64,000 bases of DNA from the human T2T-CHM13v2.0 reference genome, Homo sapiens: the NCBI RefSeq assembly GCF_009914755.1, contig NC_060926.1; one strand, 5' to 3'. Positions 37,220 to 49,461 of this stretch are shown piece by piece; within the stretch, counting starts at the first letter, position 1, and every line of letters starts with the position of its first letter. The position numbers were made by a program, and so were the translations under genes. The notes below the pieces were generated by a model, which was not told the origin of the DNA, searched no databases, and saw nothing but the letters and a program-made list of their open reading frames with translations.

Positions 37220-38320
37220 TTTCCACAGATACTTGTTGAGCATCTGCTGTGCAGCAAGCACTAAAACTACAGGGGGCCAAATATTTTCCACTTTCACGGA
37301 ACTTATGATCTAGAGGCAGACAACATTGATTAAATAATGATGCAAATAAACCCAGAAGTACAACTGGAGTAAATGTTGCTGAAGAGATGAACTGATGGGG
37401 GAAGATGGAGTGATGGGAGTAGTTAAGGGAAGGATATTATGAAATAAGACTGAAGAGGTAAGTTAAGACCCACCCTAATAAGGATTTAGGGCACAGGATG
37501 TCCTTAGAGGGCTTTGAACATGTAGGTGACATAAACATAGCTGCATTTAGAAAAAAAAAATCAACAGAAGTCCAGTGTGGAATAGATGAGAGAGGGGCAA
37601 GTTGCATGTGGGAAGGCAAGTTGGAAGGCTGTTTCAATATTCCAGGTGGCAGATTATGGTAGCTTGGCCCAGAGCTGTGGCTAAGTAGATGGAGAGAAGT
37701 TAACCAAAAGGAGACCTAATTTGAAGACTAAATGGAGATTTATTGGAGGTAGCAATAATAGGAGTTGTTGCCAGAGTTGATGGAGAGGTTGTGAGAAGGT
37801 TGGCTCCAAGATATCTGGCTTGTACAATTGATGAATAGAGTCACCATCTGCAGAGGCATGGGAATTGAAGAGGAGACAGGTTTCCAGGGTGCACCATGAG
37901 TTCAATTTAGGAAATGTTGAGTTCGAGCTGCCTTTGAGATTTCAGGTAGATGATTTTATAGGCAGTTGGATATGTGGGACTGAAGCTCAGGTGGTCTGGG
38001 ATTAACATGTAATCATGAACATCTCCTATGTGAGGATATACTTAAATGATGGGCATAAATGGGATCACCCAGAGAAAGAGTATGATATAGAACAAGAAGA
38101 AAAAGGAGCCTAGGACTATGCCTCAAAACTCTTAACAAATTGACACTGGTATAGAATATAATAATCTTGAAATTATCTTCAGGGAGTTCATGAAGGTAGG
38201 AGGAAAATAGGAAGATTGAAGTATTACAGACGCAAAGAAAAGAGTATTCAAGAAAAAGAGGGGACCTTGTTCATAGTGAAAGATGCAGCTATGGGGCCAA
38301 ATAAGGTAAAGACTAGAATG
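37220..38320 (-). mobile_element. L2 LINE fragment
   Basis: tacttgttgagcatctgctgtg...; caggtggcagattatggtagcttgg; catgagttcaatttaggaaatgttgagttcgagctgcctttgaga...ggcagttggatatg are antisense L2 hallmarks. Confidence 0.75.
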
Positions 38321-39048
38321 TTTGTTGGATCAGCATGAGGCAAGAGTCAAAGCTTCTTCAGGAAAACTTTTTCCCATCTGCCAAGAACAATTAAATGTAC
38401 ACTCACTTGGGCTCCCACTGAGGAATACCTATTCCTGTTACAGAGCCTACTATTTGAGGGCGTGTCTATCTCCCTCTCTAGGGAAGATGAGGGATATTGA
38501 AGCACAGCTTATTTCTCAGAATATTGAGTAGCTGCTCGAAAATGTGAAATGTTAAATGAATATTTGTTGACTATATAAGCAAAGCATAAAGAATAGTCAG
38601 AGAGGCAGAAAAACCTGGAGAAAACAAGAAGTGACAAGTGCCACAGAATCTGAGGATGAGAAGGACTAACAAATGTGGCCTTCATCCATGTCATGCATGC
38701 TTGTGGGGCATGTAAGAGGATTGACCTCTTGGCTTGAAATGACAGCCCTCTTTCCAGAAAACTGTGCTCCGAACGAATTGACCTGAACGTCTTTTAAAAA
38801 TCAATCCACTCTATTTCTTAATCTGCGATGTCCTTGTGAATATTAGATGGGTTTGTTGAATGATATCATTGAGAGCTATCAATCAGAAACTGGAAACCAG
38901 ATCATTAGCTACTGAATAAAGCAAAGGATCTGCCCTCCTAAAGCCTGAGTAAAATATACTCTTGAAGTCAGAAGTAAAATGAACATTTAAGTAAGAAGGC
39001 TAATTACCACATGCTCTACATTTAAACTTTAGGAATGGAATGAATTAC

Positions 39049-39145
39049 CTTTCTCTCCTTCACTTTCAAATGACAATTTCCTTCTTCTTAGTTTACAGTT
39101 GTCTCCTTCTGAATCATTCATGGATTGTGATCGTAGGAGATCAGC
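39049..39145 (-). CDS. KCNH7: KCNH7 coding exon, 97 nt ([32 protein letters not shown])
   Basis: Acceptor caaag|GCT, donor G|gtaatt. Phase 0-1 fits neighbours. RRRKLSF is homologous to the hERG RKRKLSF motif. Missed by the ORF track. Confidence 0.92.
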
Positions 39146-39485
39146 CTTTGTTAATGGAACATGAAGATAAAATGAAAGATTACTGAATTAGAACACAATG
39201 TACTATTCAGTAAACTGTTTACTATTTCATATTGTTTCAACCATCTTGAGACTTAATTATTAGATTGCAGGCAAACAGCTAAAATACCTTGCTTAATACT
39301 TGTCTCTTTATTGTAACATACACAGATAGAATAATTTTTAGTACTTTCACCATTTGCTGGGGAAATCATAGTGTAGGAGTTATTTATGTGAAATGTTTAG
39401 GGATGATGTCAACATTTAAAGATAAAATATTTCTTTATGTGGAATGTGTTTTATGCAACTTGATAAAGTTAAAATAAGAATAATA

Positions 39486-39920
39486 CAGTTGACCCTTGAA
39501 CAATACAGGCTTTAACTGTGCAGGTTCACTTATACATGAATTTTCTTTTTCCTCTGTTACTCCTCAGACAGCAAGACCAACCATTCCTCTTCCTCCTCCT
39601 CCATAGCCTATTAAATATGAAGATGATGAGATGATGATCTTTATGATAATCTACTCCCACTTAATTAATGGTAAATATATATCCTCATCCTTATGATTTT
39701 TTAATAATATTTTCTTTTCTATAGCTTACTTTATTGTAAGAATACATTTTATAAAAATATACAAAATATGTGTTCATTGACTGATTACATTATTGGTAAG
39801 GCTTCTAATAAATAGTAGGCTATCAGTAATTTAGTTTTTGTGGAGTCAAAAGTTATTTGCAGATTTTCAACTATACAAGGATTGGTGTTCTGAATTCCCA
39901 TGTTGTTCAAAAGTCAATTG
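39486..39920 (+). mobile_element. Tigger2a/MER28-like TcMar-Tigger MITE, full length
   Basis: TIRs CAGTTGACCCTTGAACAA ... TTGTTCAAAAGTCAATTG, flanked by TA on both sides; 435 bp. Confidence 0.88.
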
Positions 39921-41399
39921 TAGTAATTTAAAGAACTTTGCATAACTAATAGTACTGCAAAGAAAAATGTGTAAAATAGTTAAAATTAGCTATGGTGTTT
40001 AAATGACATGGTAATTATCGTAAGGTTAAATTTCACAACAATAAATATAAGGTTAAATTCCATAAACATTACACTTTGAACCCTTTATTATTTTGCTCCC
40101 AGATCCTCCTTCTTCCCTCTCTGGTTCACTCTGTCTAATATTGTCTACCTTGTAAATAAAAATGGAAGCTCTTGTTTATTTGAGTACTGACTAAACTTTT
40201 ATATAAAGAAGTTATGAGAGGTAGATATTTGTTACTTTTCAAGGCAAAGTCAGAATGAGGGTGGTGACATAAAACTAAGATTGGGACAAATTACTGAATT
40301 AAAACCATTACAAAAACATATGTTCTTAATAACTAGAATCTTTTTCCACTTCAATTAAAAAAAACTTTTCAGAGTTTTAAAAAGAAATAATTATCTGAAC
40401 TGGTGTATCAGGGTATTAAATGGCATCTAGGGGCCCTTAAAATTCCTCTTTCTCTTTTAAGCCTCTCATGGTACTTGGGAATGTCTATAACTACAGCAAG
40501 TGTTAAATCTACCCCCTCTTACCTAACTATTGACTTTAGGGTTTTTTTCCCCAGAGAATATATTACTTAGCATTTAAATACACTGGCAAGTATCAATCAC
40601 TCAATATTTGATTTCTGATTTAAAAAAGCATTTAGAATTAGAGTGGAGTTGTGAAATTTTGGGGGAAAAGGGATGGAAGAGGAATAACCTAGTAATAAAT
40701 TTTTGGTTACAACGTAAGTTTTATAGCCATAGAACAGTAATAGCTCATAAGGGCACATTTTCACAGTAGAAAAGAGTAAGGAACATAAGAGCTACACTCG
40801 AAGTTCATTCTGGGTTAACTTACATATATAATTATTTAAACTATTATTTCTGTTAGACTACATATTCATTCTGCACCATTAAAACTGACAATACTGTAAA
40901 ACCTGACTAATTTGTACTTCTGTGATTTGGAAATTGTATTAAATAGGAAACTAAACTTGAATGAGGTTAATTTTTTCATTATTATTGTGAAGACACTGAT
41001 AACCAATGTACAGTGTAAATAATAGCTGAGAGAATATTCTAACCTCTGTATAAGATAAACTCAAGTAATTTTCAACAGCCTAAAATCACCCATTTCTAGC
41101 AAATAATTGGCACACTATAAACAAAGGCTATTTTAACTCAAGTGTGGCACCTAAGGGCTTCTACAAGGTCAAACCTAATTGAACTACTTGAAATTATTCA
41201 ACGTATTGGAAAGCAATTAGGCTAAATTTCTTTCCTATAATTCAGAAATTTTAATATTCAGTTGGCCTTTCCTTCCAAATATTCAGAATTGGTAAAGTCT
41301 TGCTGCAATATTTTGCTTGATTTTTCAGAAGTATTTGTGCAATTCAAGAATAAAATAAAATGTCAGAAATACAGACATAAGCAAACAGTTAACATATAC

Positions 41400-41605
41400 C
41401 TTTGCGCTCTCATGCCTTAGGTTGAAAGTCAACTCTAGGTTTGTTAGAAAGTGATCAGAAAACTCAGGATACATATCCAAAACCTCTAACAAGTCTTCTC
41501 GCTGAATCTTATGCAAGTCACAGTATGTGAGGGCTCTTACATCTGCATTAGACTTTCCAGGTTTGGCATAAAGATGAACCATTTCTCCAAATATATCATT
41601 TTTTC
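41400..41605 (-). CDS. KCNH7: KCNH7 coding exon, 206 nt: CNBHD (GKNDIFGE...[14 protein letters not shown]...[10 protein letters not shown])
   Basis: Acceptor tttcttag|, donor AAG|gtatat. ERG CNBHD motifs, including the FNL intrinsic-ligand strand. Confidence 0.97.
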
Positions 41606-42359
41606 CTAAGAAAATATAAAGAAAAAGAGGCGGGGAAAGGGAATCCAAACTCAATGTTCTCCTTCTAAAAGTAGAAGGGGGTCATTAAACAATTGATCAA
41701 TCCCTGAACCAGACTTGGTGAGCAATGTTCCAGCACCTTAACTAAATGCCCATACCATGTTTGGTGAGTGGAAATTTGTCTCTAAGGGTGATTGGTCCTT
41801 TTATTTCCTTGCTTTGGTTACTTGACTAAGCATCTAGAATGTAGCGAACATTATCTTCAGTCCTGTATACCCCACTTTGCTAGCAAAGGGTCGTACCATA
41901 GAGTATTTTAAATATACTTTCAGGTAGGTGTACTCTGATTTTTTCAATTCAGGAATATGAGAAAGGCTGCAGTGAGTCAGATTCATGATCTTTCTGTCTC
42001 GGGATGGTCTCTGCAGGTGGTGCTCAGCAAGGGGTTGTGGTGGAGCTGTTTTAACACTTAGTGGATTGGAGGAACAATTGGAACACACCTTGTTTCCTAA
42101 TAACCACTTTTGAATCTGCCCTTAAAAAATATGCCCAATTGCTTAATAAATCTAGTTATAATTCTCAACATATGTAGTCCTGCTTTTTGTTATATGGCCT
42201 TTGTTAGGGAAATTTGTCCTTCTTGCTCTTCTGTAAAATCTAGGGTTATTTCAGTGTCTCGCTTCTAACAGGACTTCCCCATCACCTCTGTGTAGCCACA
42301 TACTACCTGCTTTTCAAGGTCTTATTCCATGACAAAGATAAGAACTACAGCAACAATAA

Positions 42360-42600
42360 CAAATATTTATTGAGGACTAGTAGGTGCCAGGCACTGTGTC
42401 AAATGCTTAGGTGCATTGCCTCAATTTGTTCCTAAAATAACTTCATGAAGGAATTACTAATAATTATCCACATTTTATGAATACAGAAAGAGCATTAAAG
42501 AGATAAACTGATTAGCCTAACATCACCTTCTTAGTTGAATGAAGTGGAGGGAGGGAGAGAACAGCCAGAACTAAATCCCATGCATCCTGATTCCAGATGC
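42360..42600 (-). mobile_element. MIR-like SINE fragment
   Basis: atttattgaggactagtaggtgccaggcactgtg...cacattttatgaatacagaaa. Confidence 0.6.
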
Positions 42601-43995
42601 ATCCAGAGTCAAAGTTCTTGCACACCTGATACTGTGTATCTAAGTATCTAATCTCTTTCCAGTGATTTCCCTGAATGTCATGGCCACTTAGATTTTTCTG
42701 TTTCTGACTATCAAAGTACTTAAAAACTGTACTTGTGGTATATATACTTAATACATACTGATATATTACTTGATTATGTAACTTCTAAAGATAATCAATG
42801 GCAATGTAAAATAGTACTCTCCTGTGTCTATCCTGAAGCTTCTTTTCATTTTTAGAAAAAACTCCTTGGGTATATTATTTTAGATTTTGGTAGACAAGTT
42901 CTTGTACACCTCACTGTAGAAGCTATCAAAGACTTTTAAGTAATAAGGTTCTAATTAGTCAAAAATGCTATAATATTCTTGTTTTACAAAGGAATTCAAT
43001 AGTGAGAAATCAAACACTGTATCTTAACTACGTAAGAAAAATCGACATTAGAAAGGATACATTAACCACAGTTTAAATAAATATGTATCAGCCTTCCAAA
43101 AATAGGATAAATGATCATAATTTGTAAGGATTTTAGGGGCTGACTTATATGGAAGTAGGGACAGAAAAGGGTAATTTCCTGACATTCTTTATAGTTTTGG
43201 TAGCTCAGTATAGATATTATTGTTTTTAAAAAAGACCTGAATTAAATTAAGCATGGGCTTTGTATTTCAATTACCAACATGACTGTAAATGAGCCAGGAG
43301 CAAGCCAGTCCATGGATATGTCTTAGCAACACTCTAAAATTACTACTTGATAAAGCAAGAAAGCTTATTACCTTCTTGTAGAAGCTAGGACTGGCTGACT
43401 TGAAGATCAGAAATGCAATGAAGCATCCTCCTTCCCTGGCAACATAGCAGGGCAAACTGTCTATGCCAAATTTAGTGAAAACCTAACTTGATTGTGTGGC
43501 CTTAAAATGATTTAGAATATGTGTTTATTCTTTGTCAGCTTATTGGTTAGAAAACCAAATTTGGGAAATGTAAAAAAAAACTAATATAATAAAATTATCA
43601 AAATATATAAGAAAATCATGTGAGCATCTTTATTCATGTATTTGAGTCTGTGCCATGCCATACTCTGGTTCTACACAGCAGCAGGGAAAACAGACAACAT
43701 CCCTGTCCTGTTGGAGAGAACCATCATATGTGAACATCAAAAGCTAAGTGAGAGAAAATCATTGAATTACATGCCCATTATTTAAGTGGAGCTGGATAAT
43801 CCACAGGAGAAAAATGCAAATTTTTACAGAAACTAAGGATAGGCGTTATCATAGGGAGAGTGAGGCTTAAACCTACCGGCTATGTGGTAGGAGAAAAGAA
43901 GAATTGACTGCATTTTTCTCTGTTTCCTTGCTCTTCCCCAGTGTCCTAATATTCTAAAGAAGTACTACAAGTTCACATGGCCTAAATTTATTTTT

Positions 43996-44214
43996 ATTTT
44001 TATTATTTATTATTTTTATTTTTTTAAGTTTTTAAAATTTTTTTATTATACTTTAAGTTCTAGGGTACATGTGCACAACGTGCAGGTTTGTTACATATGT
44101 ATACGTGTGCCATGTTGGTGTGCTGCACCCATTAACTCATCATTTACATTAGGTATATCTCCTAATGCTATCCCTCCCCTCTCTCCACACCTCACGACAG
44201 GCCCCAGTGTGTGT
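43996..44214 (-). mobile_element. Heavily 5'-truncated primate L1PA 3' end with TSD
   Basis: ttattatactttaagttctagggtacatgtgcacaacgtgcagg...; TSD ACATGGCCTAAATTTATTTTT at 43975 and 44215. Confidence 0.93.
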
Positions 44215-44848
44215 ACATGGCCTAAATTTATTTTTAAAGAGGCAGATTAAACATGTGTTTTCTTTTGCACCCAAACCAGTTGAAGTTATGACTAATTTAA
44301 TCTCTTCATCACTTCTATCACTGGTTGTTAAGTTTATAGGTCTATATTAATTACCTAGTTAAGGACTGTATGATTCCATTTAATCCGACGCGGCAGGTAA
44401 AAATGCACAATGAATAAATGAAATTCATCAAAACATAAACCCAGTTCATGACAGGGCTTTGGCACATGCTAGCAAGTATTTCCTACAACACATATATTTT
44501 ATTTTAAGGTGTTGAGGGATCAAGCATGAAGCTAAGATCTTCTAACATAAAAAAAGAATATGCTTACTATTTTCCTATATTTGGCCTCAAATGTCTAGGT
44601 AGCTGCCAAGAACTGAAGAGAATCATCGAAGCATTTACACTTCGGAGAAAAAGTGAGACAGTTAAGAAAACATATTTTCTGAAAGGTTAATTTGGTTTGA
44701 ACTGAATTTTAAATGCAGCTTTCAAATTACCCACCATCTTAAACTGTTCTTATGAATACATACATCAGTCTTTTTTTCCTAATCATTTTAAACTATGCAT
44801 TACAAGCTAATAACTGAATCTGTCACCATGCACTTCTAAAACACTCAC

Positions 44849-45101
44849 CCAGAATAGCCACCACAATGTCATCTTTGAGAATTTCAATGGAGCCTCTGGA
44901 TAAGAAATAAAGTGCAGTGAGGACATCCCCACAGTGAACGAGGGTGTCTCCTGGAGGTGCATGGGTGGTTTTGAACTTCATTGCCAAAGCTCTAAGGCAA
45001 CCTTTACTTGCCCCCCGAAAGGCTTTGCAGTTTTGCAGCAATGTCTGGTTGAGATGTAGACAAATGTCTGCTTGTAAGCATTCTGGGAAACCCTTTAGGA
45101 C
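44849..45101 (-). CDS. KCNH7: KCNH7 (ERG3/Kv11.3) coding exon, 253 nt: C-linker/CNBHD start ([18 protein letters not shown]...DDIVVAIL)
   Basis: Acceptor tttcctcag|GTC and donor G|gtgagt. [15 protein letters not shown] and [10 protein letters not shown] motifs typical of ERG channels. Confidence 0.97.
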
Positions 45102-46993
45102 CTGAGGAAAAAAAGAAAGAGTTTCATACTACCAGTGTTCTGGGTATCTCTGCCTGAAATACAGTCAATTTCTTGCTCACAGAACTGCAGGTGTAGTCAT
45201 TGCCACGCAGGAGTTCCTACTACTCTTCTACCTCGCCTACCTTAATGAATACTTGATTTGCTAAACATGTCAAAATTTTTAACTCAAATACTTGTTCTCT
45301 GAATTAACTGCAGGCATTCAGACTCAATACAAATGCTGTCTCATTAAAATATAATGCCTACAACTTTTCACACTGCTTCTCTTTCCCTGCATTATGTTAT
45401 GTGGCATACTGTGCACAGATATAATGCAATGTGACAATTAATAAGACGTAACTAATGAAAGGTGGTACAACTAGAAAGACAATCAACCTTTTGAAAGAAT
45501 CTCAAGTCAATTTAGGTTGCCATTTCTGGTATACATCTAAGTTATAATTAGTAAAAATGTTGACCCTGAAATAGTCATGGTATTGGTAAATGTCATGTAA
45601 CAGAGTGTGCTATTAGTTTACAGTATTTGGAATATTTATGTTTCATATGCACATTATTAATACTAAATATTTTGATAAGCACTGAAAATAGAGAAAGGCG
45701 AGGAGAACAGCAAAGACACTTTAAAAGTGTAGTCCGATATTCAGAAATGGAAATTGCACCAGAATTTGCAGTGCATACATAAGCTTCTAAAGTGCTACTG
45801 TTTTGACAACCTATTCAGGGCTAATTTAAAACTTGTTGAACAGATTAAACAATAGCTTGTGACAACTGCTACTCAATCTGAACTGAATAAAATTATTTGC
45901 TATTTTCATACAATTCTCAATATACAATGATTCAAAGGCATTCAACTCTTGCTTCTCTGTGTCTTGCTATTTTGGGTGGCGTATGTAGATTTTAATTTTT
46001 ATGTTGACATTCTCCTACCAGTACAAGCAGACTCATTTAAATACACTTTGAGGTGGAGGAATGGGGCATTATATAGTGCAATTTACAGTGCAATGATGCA
46101 ATTTGGGCATTTCCTATCTTTTTGGATCAACCTTGTTATGCCATCCAATATAGCTAAAAGTAACCATGAATTGTTTGTAAGGCAATTTCAATGTATTTGG
46201 CTCACAGAGGAACTTCAAATTAAATCATATGAGAAAAAAACATACAATTATTACTATTTTTAAATATTCAAGTAAGCACAAGGATCCTACTGTGTATAGG
46301 ATCACTGTGTAATGCAAGTGGTCAGACTGATATATTATAAAGAGGACCAATAGGATACCTGAAGCATAATAGTCATGATTTTCTGCTCTTGTTTTCTTCA
46401 CTGTATGGAATCACTCACAGAAATGAATAGGGAGCATTTTAGATAAAAATTGATAGAACTGAATTCTGGTCATGGATTTGCCACAGGTTGACTCTTGTAC
46501 AAGTCACTTCACCAATCTGTGTTTCTCTACCGTAGAATGAGAATCTTTGCAATATTGAATTTAGCCATAATTTCAATAAACTACTCATAAATAGTGTGCC
46601 AATTGTTAGACACAGCTCATCCAGCTCGGTGCTGCTACAGGAACTCAGGTTTTCATCCTGAAGAGTCTGTATTTCCTTGCTCAGGTCCAAACAAAATATG
46701 CCTCCCTTTGATAAGAGTTTCTGGGCACTCATCTGTAATCTCTCCCCTTAACTGTAACTGTTGGGCTTGGTCTACATGACTGGACTCCTTCCAGGTTCCC
46801 TGCTTGATGGAAGACCTCTCCTACATGATAACTTGCCTAGTCTGTGCCTGTTTCTGCCTCCAGGTCCTGGAGGCCCTTTCTACTCTTTGTTGGAATCTTA
46901 TATCAACTCAGCTTTTCACATGGAAGCAATTATCTGGGTCATTGATCCCTTCTACCATTTAAACCACTTCATTGGACTCTTTGGCAAGTGATG

Positions 46994-47105
46994 CCAAACT
47001 GGAGTTGAACTAAATTTGGACACAGCATTCTAAAATGCTGGCCACTTTGCTTGGGGGCCAGCATTTTAGAGTGTTGTGGCCAAATTTAGTTCAACTCCAG
47101 TTTGG
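46994..47105. repeat. Inverted repeat, 50-bp arms (47/50 match) with 12-nt spacer
   Basis: Arm 46994-47043 versus the reverse complement of arm 47056-47105, aligned by hand. Confidence 0.97.
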
Positions 47106-47448
47106 AGGTTGTATAGAATAAAAATACCCTAGTTTACACAGGCCTCTGCATATGAATTACCTCTCCTCCCTGAAGCCCACTGCTGTGGTCTCTGAATAAT
47201 TCTAAGTAGCCCCATGCAGATAAAGATGTATAAAGCATTACACCAAGTAACAAAACAAATGAATTCATCTGTCTTTTAAGATTCACCTGTAATAAGGTAC
47301 ATAAAGGCATTTTAGATTTCACATGAAGAAGATATTGCTATGATTATAGTAGTTAGCATAAGAATACTGAGCTACTGAGCCTGTAGCTGCATTTCTGGCA
47401 TTTTCCCTTAAGTATCCTTAAGTAAAACTTGGTATAGAAAAAAATTGC

Positions 47449-47510
47449 GTGTGTGTGTGTGTGCATGTCTGTGTGTGTGCATGCACATACACATACATGT
47501 GTATTCACAC
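47449..47510. repeat. (TG)n/(CA)n degenerate microsatellite
   Basis: gtgtgtgtgtgtgtgcatgtctgtgtgtgtgcatgcacatacacatac. Confidence 0.75.
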
Positions 47511-47569
47511 ATGCTTTGAGTTGGAAGAGAGAAAAGAGATAGAGATGAGATTCTCCATTTCCCTGAATG

Positions 47570-47750
47570 TGTTATATGAGCTATGGAATCAGACAGGCTT
47601 GATCCAGAGTTCTAGCTCCATCATTTACTAGTTTGACTTTGGTCAAATTACTTAACTTCTCTGAAAATCAGTTTCTTTTTTTGGGAAAGCTAAATTAATA
47701 ACATGTATTTCACAGAGTTGTGGCCACAATTTAAATAAGAATGTGCGTAA
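47570..47750 (+). mobile_element. MIR fragment
   Basis: ggaatcagacaggcttg...tctagctccatcatttactag..tgactttggtcaaattacttaacttctctg...cagtttc. Confidence 0.7.
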
Positions 47751-49060
47751 ACCCTTTGATTCACAAAAGATTTTTAATAGACAATATACTTTGGACTTCC
47801 TCTGTCTTTTGGTCCAAATTTATTGTTTCTGAAAAATTAGTATAATCTTTTTAGTTAGGAATAGAAAGCCAAAAATCTATTATGTTTTGTCTTTGGTCTG
47901 CCTGATAGGGTATTCTCCACTAAGTTTTGTGTTCTATTGCCTCAGCAGAGTTTAAATGTTTTGTGCATCATTGCATCACCGCTTTAAGAATTCTTTTTCC
48001 TTGCATCTCGCTATAATTCTTGTTTCCTGTTTCTGGCTTGTTATATGTCCTGCAGTATTTGCACTTAGGTTGTCACTGTGAGTAGCCCTAAATCCCTTTT
48101 GAAATTAGGCAGTTACTAAAATCAATGTACAGATATGTTATCGGAATTCCAACAGTTTTAGAATCACCCACAGAACTTTAAGGATGCTTCAGAAAGTTTT
48201 TTCTTATTAACTGTCCTCTGCCCCCAACATTCATTCTATTGGAAGTGACACCCATTGGAAAGGATAACATCAAGTTGGAGCTGCTGTTGTTGCATGGAGA
48301 AGATACAATGTTGGCATGAACTTGCCTAGGTTAAGGACTTCTCATATGATGTTAGCCCTTAACAGATTTTCTTAATTTTCTTAAGTCAGTCACATAGATC
48401 ACTGAAGTAAAACTCGATAAAATTAAGAGCCAGTTGTTGAATGTCTGATTAGTTCTATAGTTTTAATGTCCCAAATAAGTTAGCAGCTCTAGGATCTGGG
48501 TTCTGTCTAAGTAAAGAAACTTTAAAAGGGAGAGTTAAGAGTGGGAGCTATAGTGGAATAGAGGTAGAAGTACATTGAAAAAAGTCTGAAATAAGAGGTA
48601 GGCTTAAGAAGATATTTATCCAGGGCACCCCTTTTCATTGGCCTCAGCTATATTGCCTTCTTGGCTTCCTGTTCATTGCACTTTTTTGTTTCTTTGTTTT
48701 CAGGGTTGGTTCCCTTGTTAAACTCTCTGACATAGGACCTCCTCATTTATGACTCAGATACTGGCATTTTACCAGTCCTGGCAGATCTGGCTACAAAGAG
48801 TTGCTATGTCAGGACGCATGCTGATTTGGTGATTGTTATATCTATTTCCACTATACTATACACAGCTTTCTTGACTGTCCATGCTTGAAGTTTTGAAGGA
48901 ACATATCACCTTCCACTGTGTATTTGAAGCCATGGTTTTATTGAGGCAATCTAATTTTAAAGACCAAGAAACACCACCCAGAATCAGTTTCACTGTCTGC
49001 AGCTTGAAACAGAAGTTATCATTCTTTTAGCAAATACTTATTATTTGCTAAAAGAATGCT

Positions 49061-49461
49061 AGATATGGTTTGGATATTTGTCCCATCCATCTCATGTTGA
49101 AATATTACCCATAATGTCAGAGACGAAGCCTGATGTGAGGTGTTTGGTCATGGGGGTTGATTCCCCATGGTTTGGTGCTGTCTTCATGATAGCAAGTGAG
49201 CTCTCATGAAATCTGGTTGTTTAAAAGTGTGTAACACCTCCTTCCACTCTCTCTCTTGCTCCTGCTCCTGCCATGTGACATATCTGCTCCCTTTTCACCT
49301 TCTGCCATGACCGTAAGTTCCTGAGGCCTCTGCAGGAGCCGAGCAGATGCTAGCACCATGCTTGTACAGCCTGCAGAACCATAAGCCAATTAAACTTCTT
49401 TTATTTATAAATTACCCAGTCTCAGGTACTTCTTTATAGCAATGCAAGAACAGCTGAATAC
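49061..49461 (+). mobile_element. MaLR solo LTR (MSTA-like)
   Basis: gatatggtttgg...atctcatgttgaa...ctgcagaaccataagccaattaaac...acccagtctcaggta...gaataca; tgcta flanks both ends. Confidence 0.88.

Noticed and set aside
44380-44405. CCGACGCGGCAG|GTAAAA CpG triplet with a + strand donor-like site
   Set aside because: Too short, and no matching upstream acceptor or promoter evidence.
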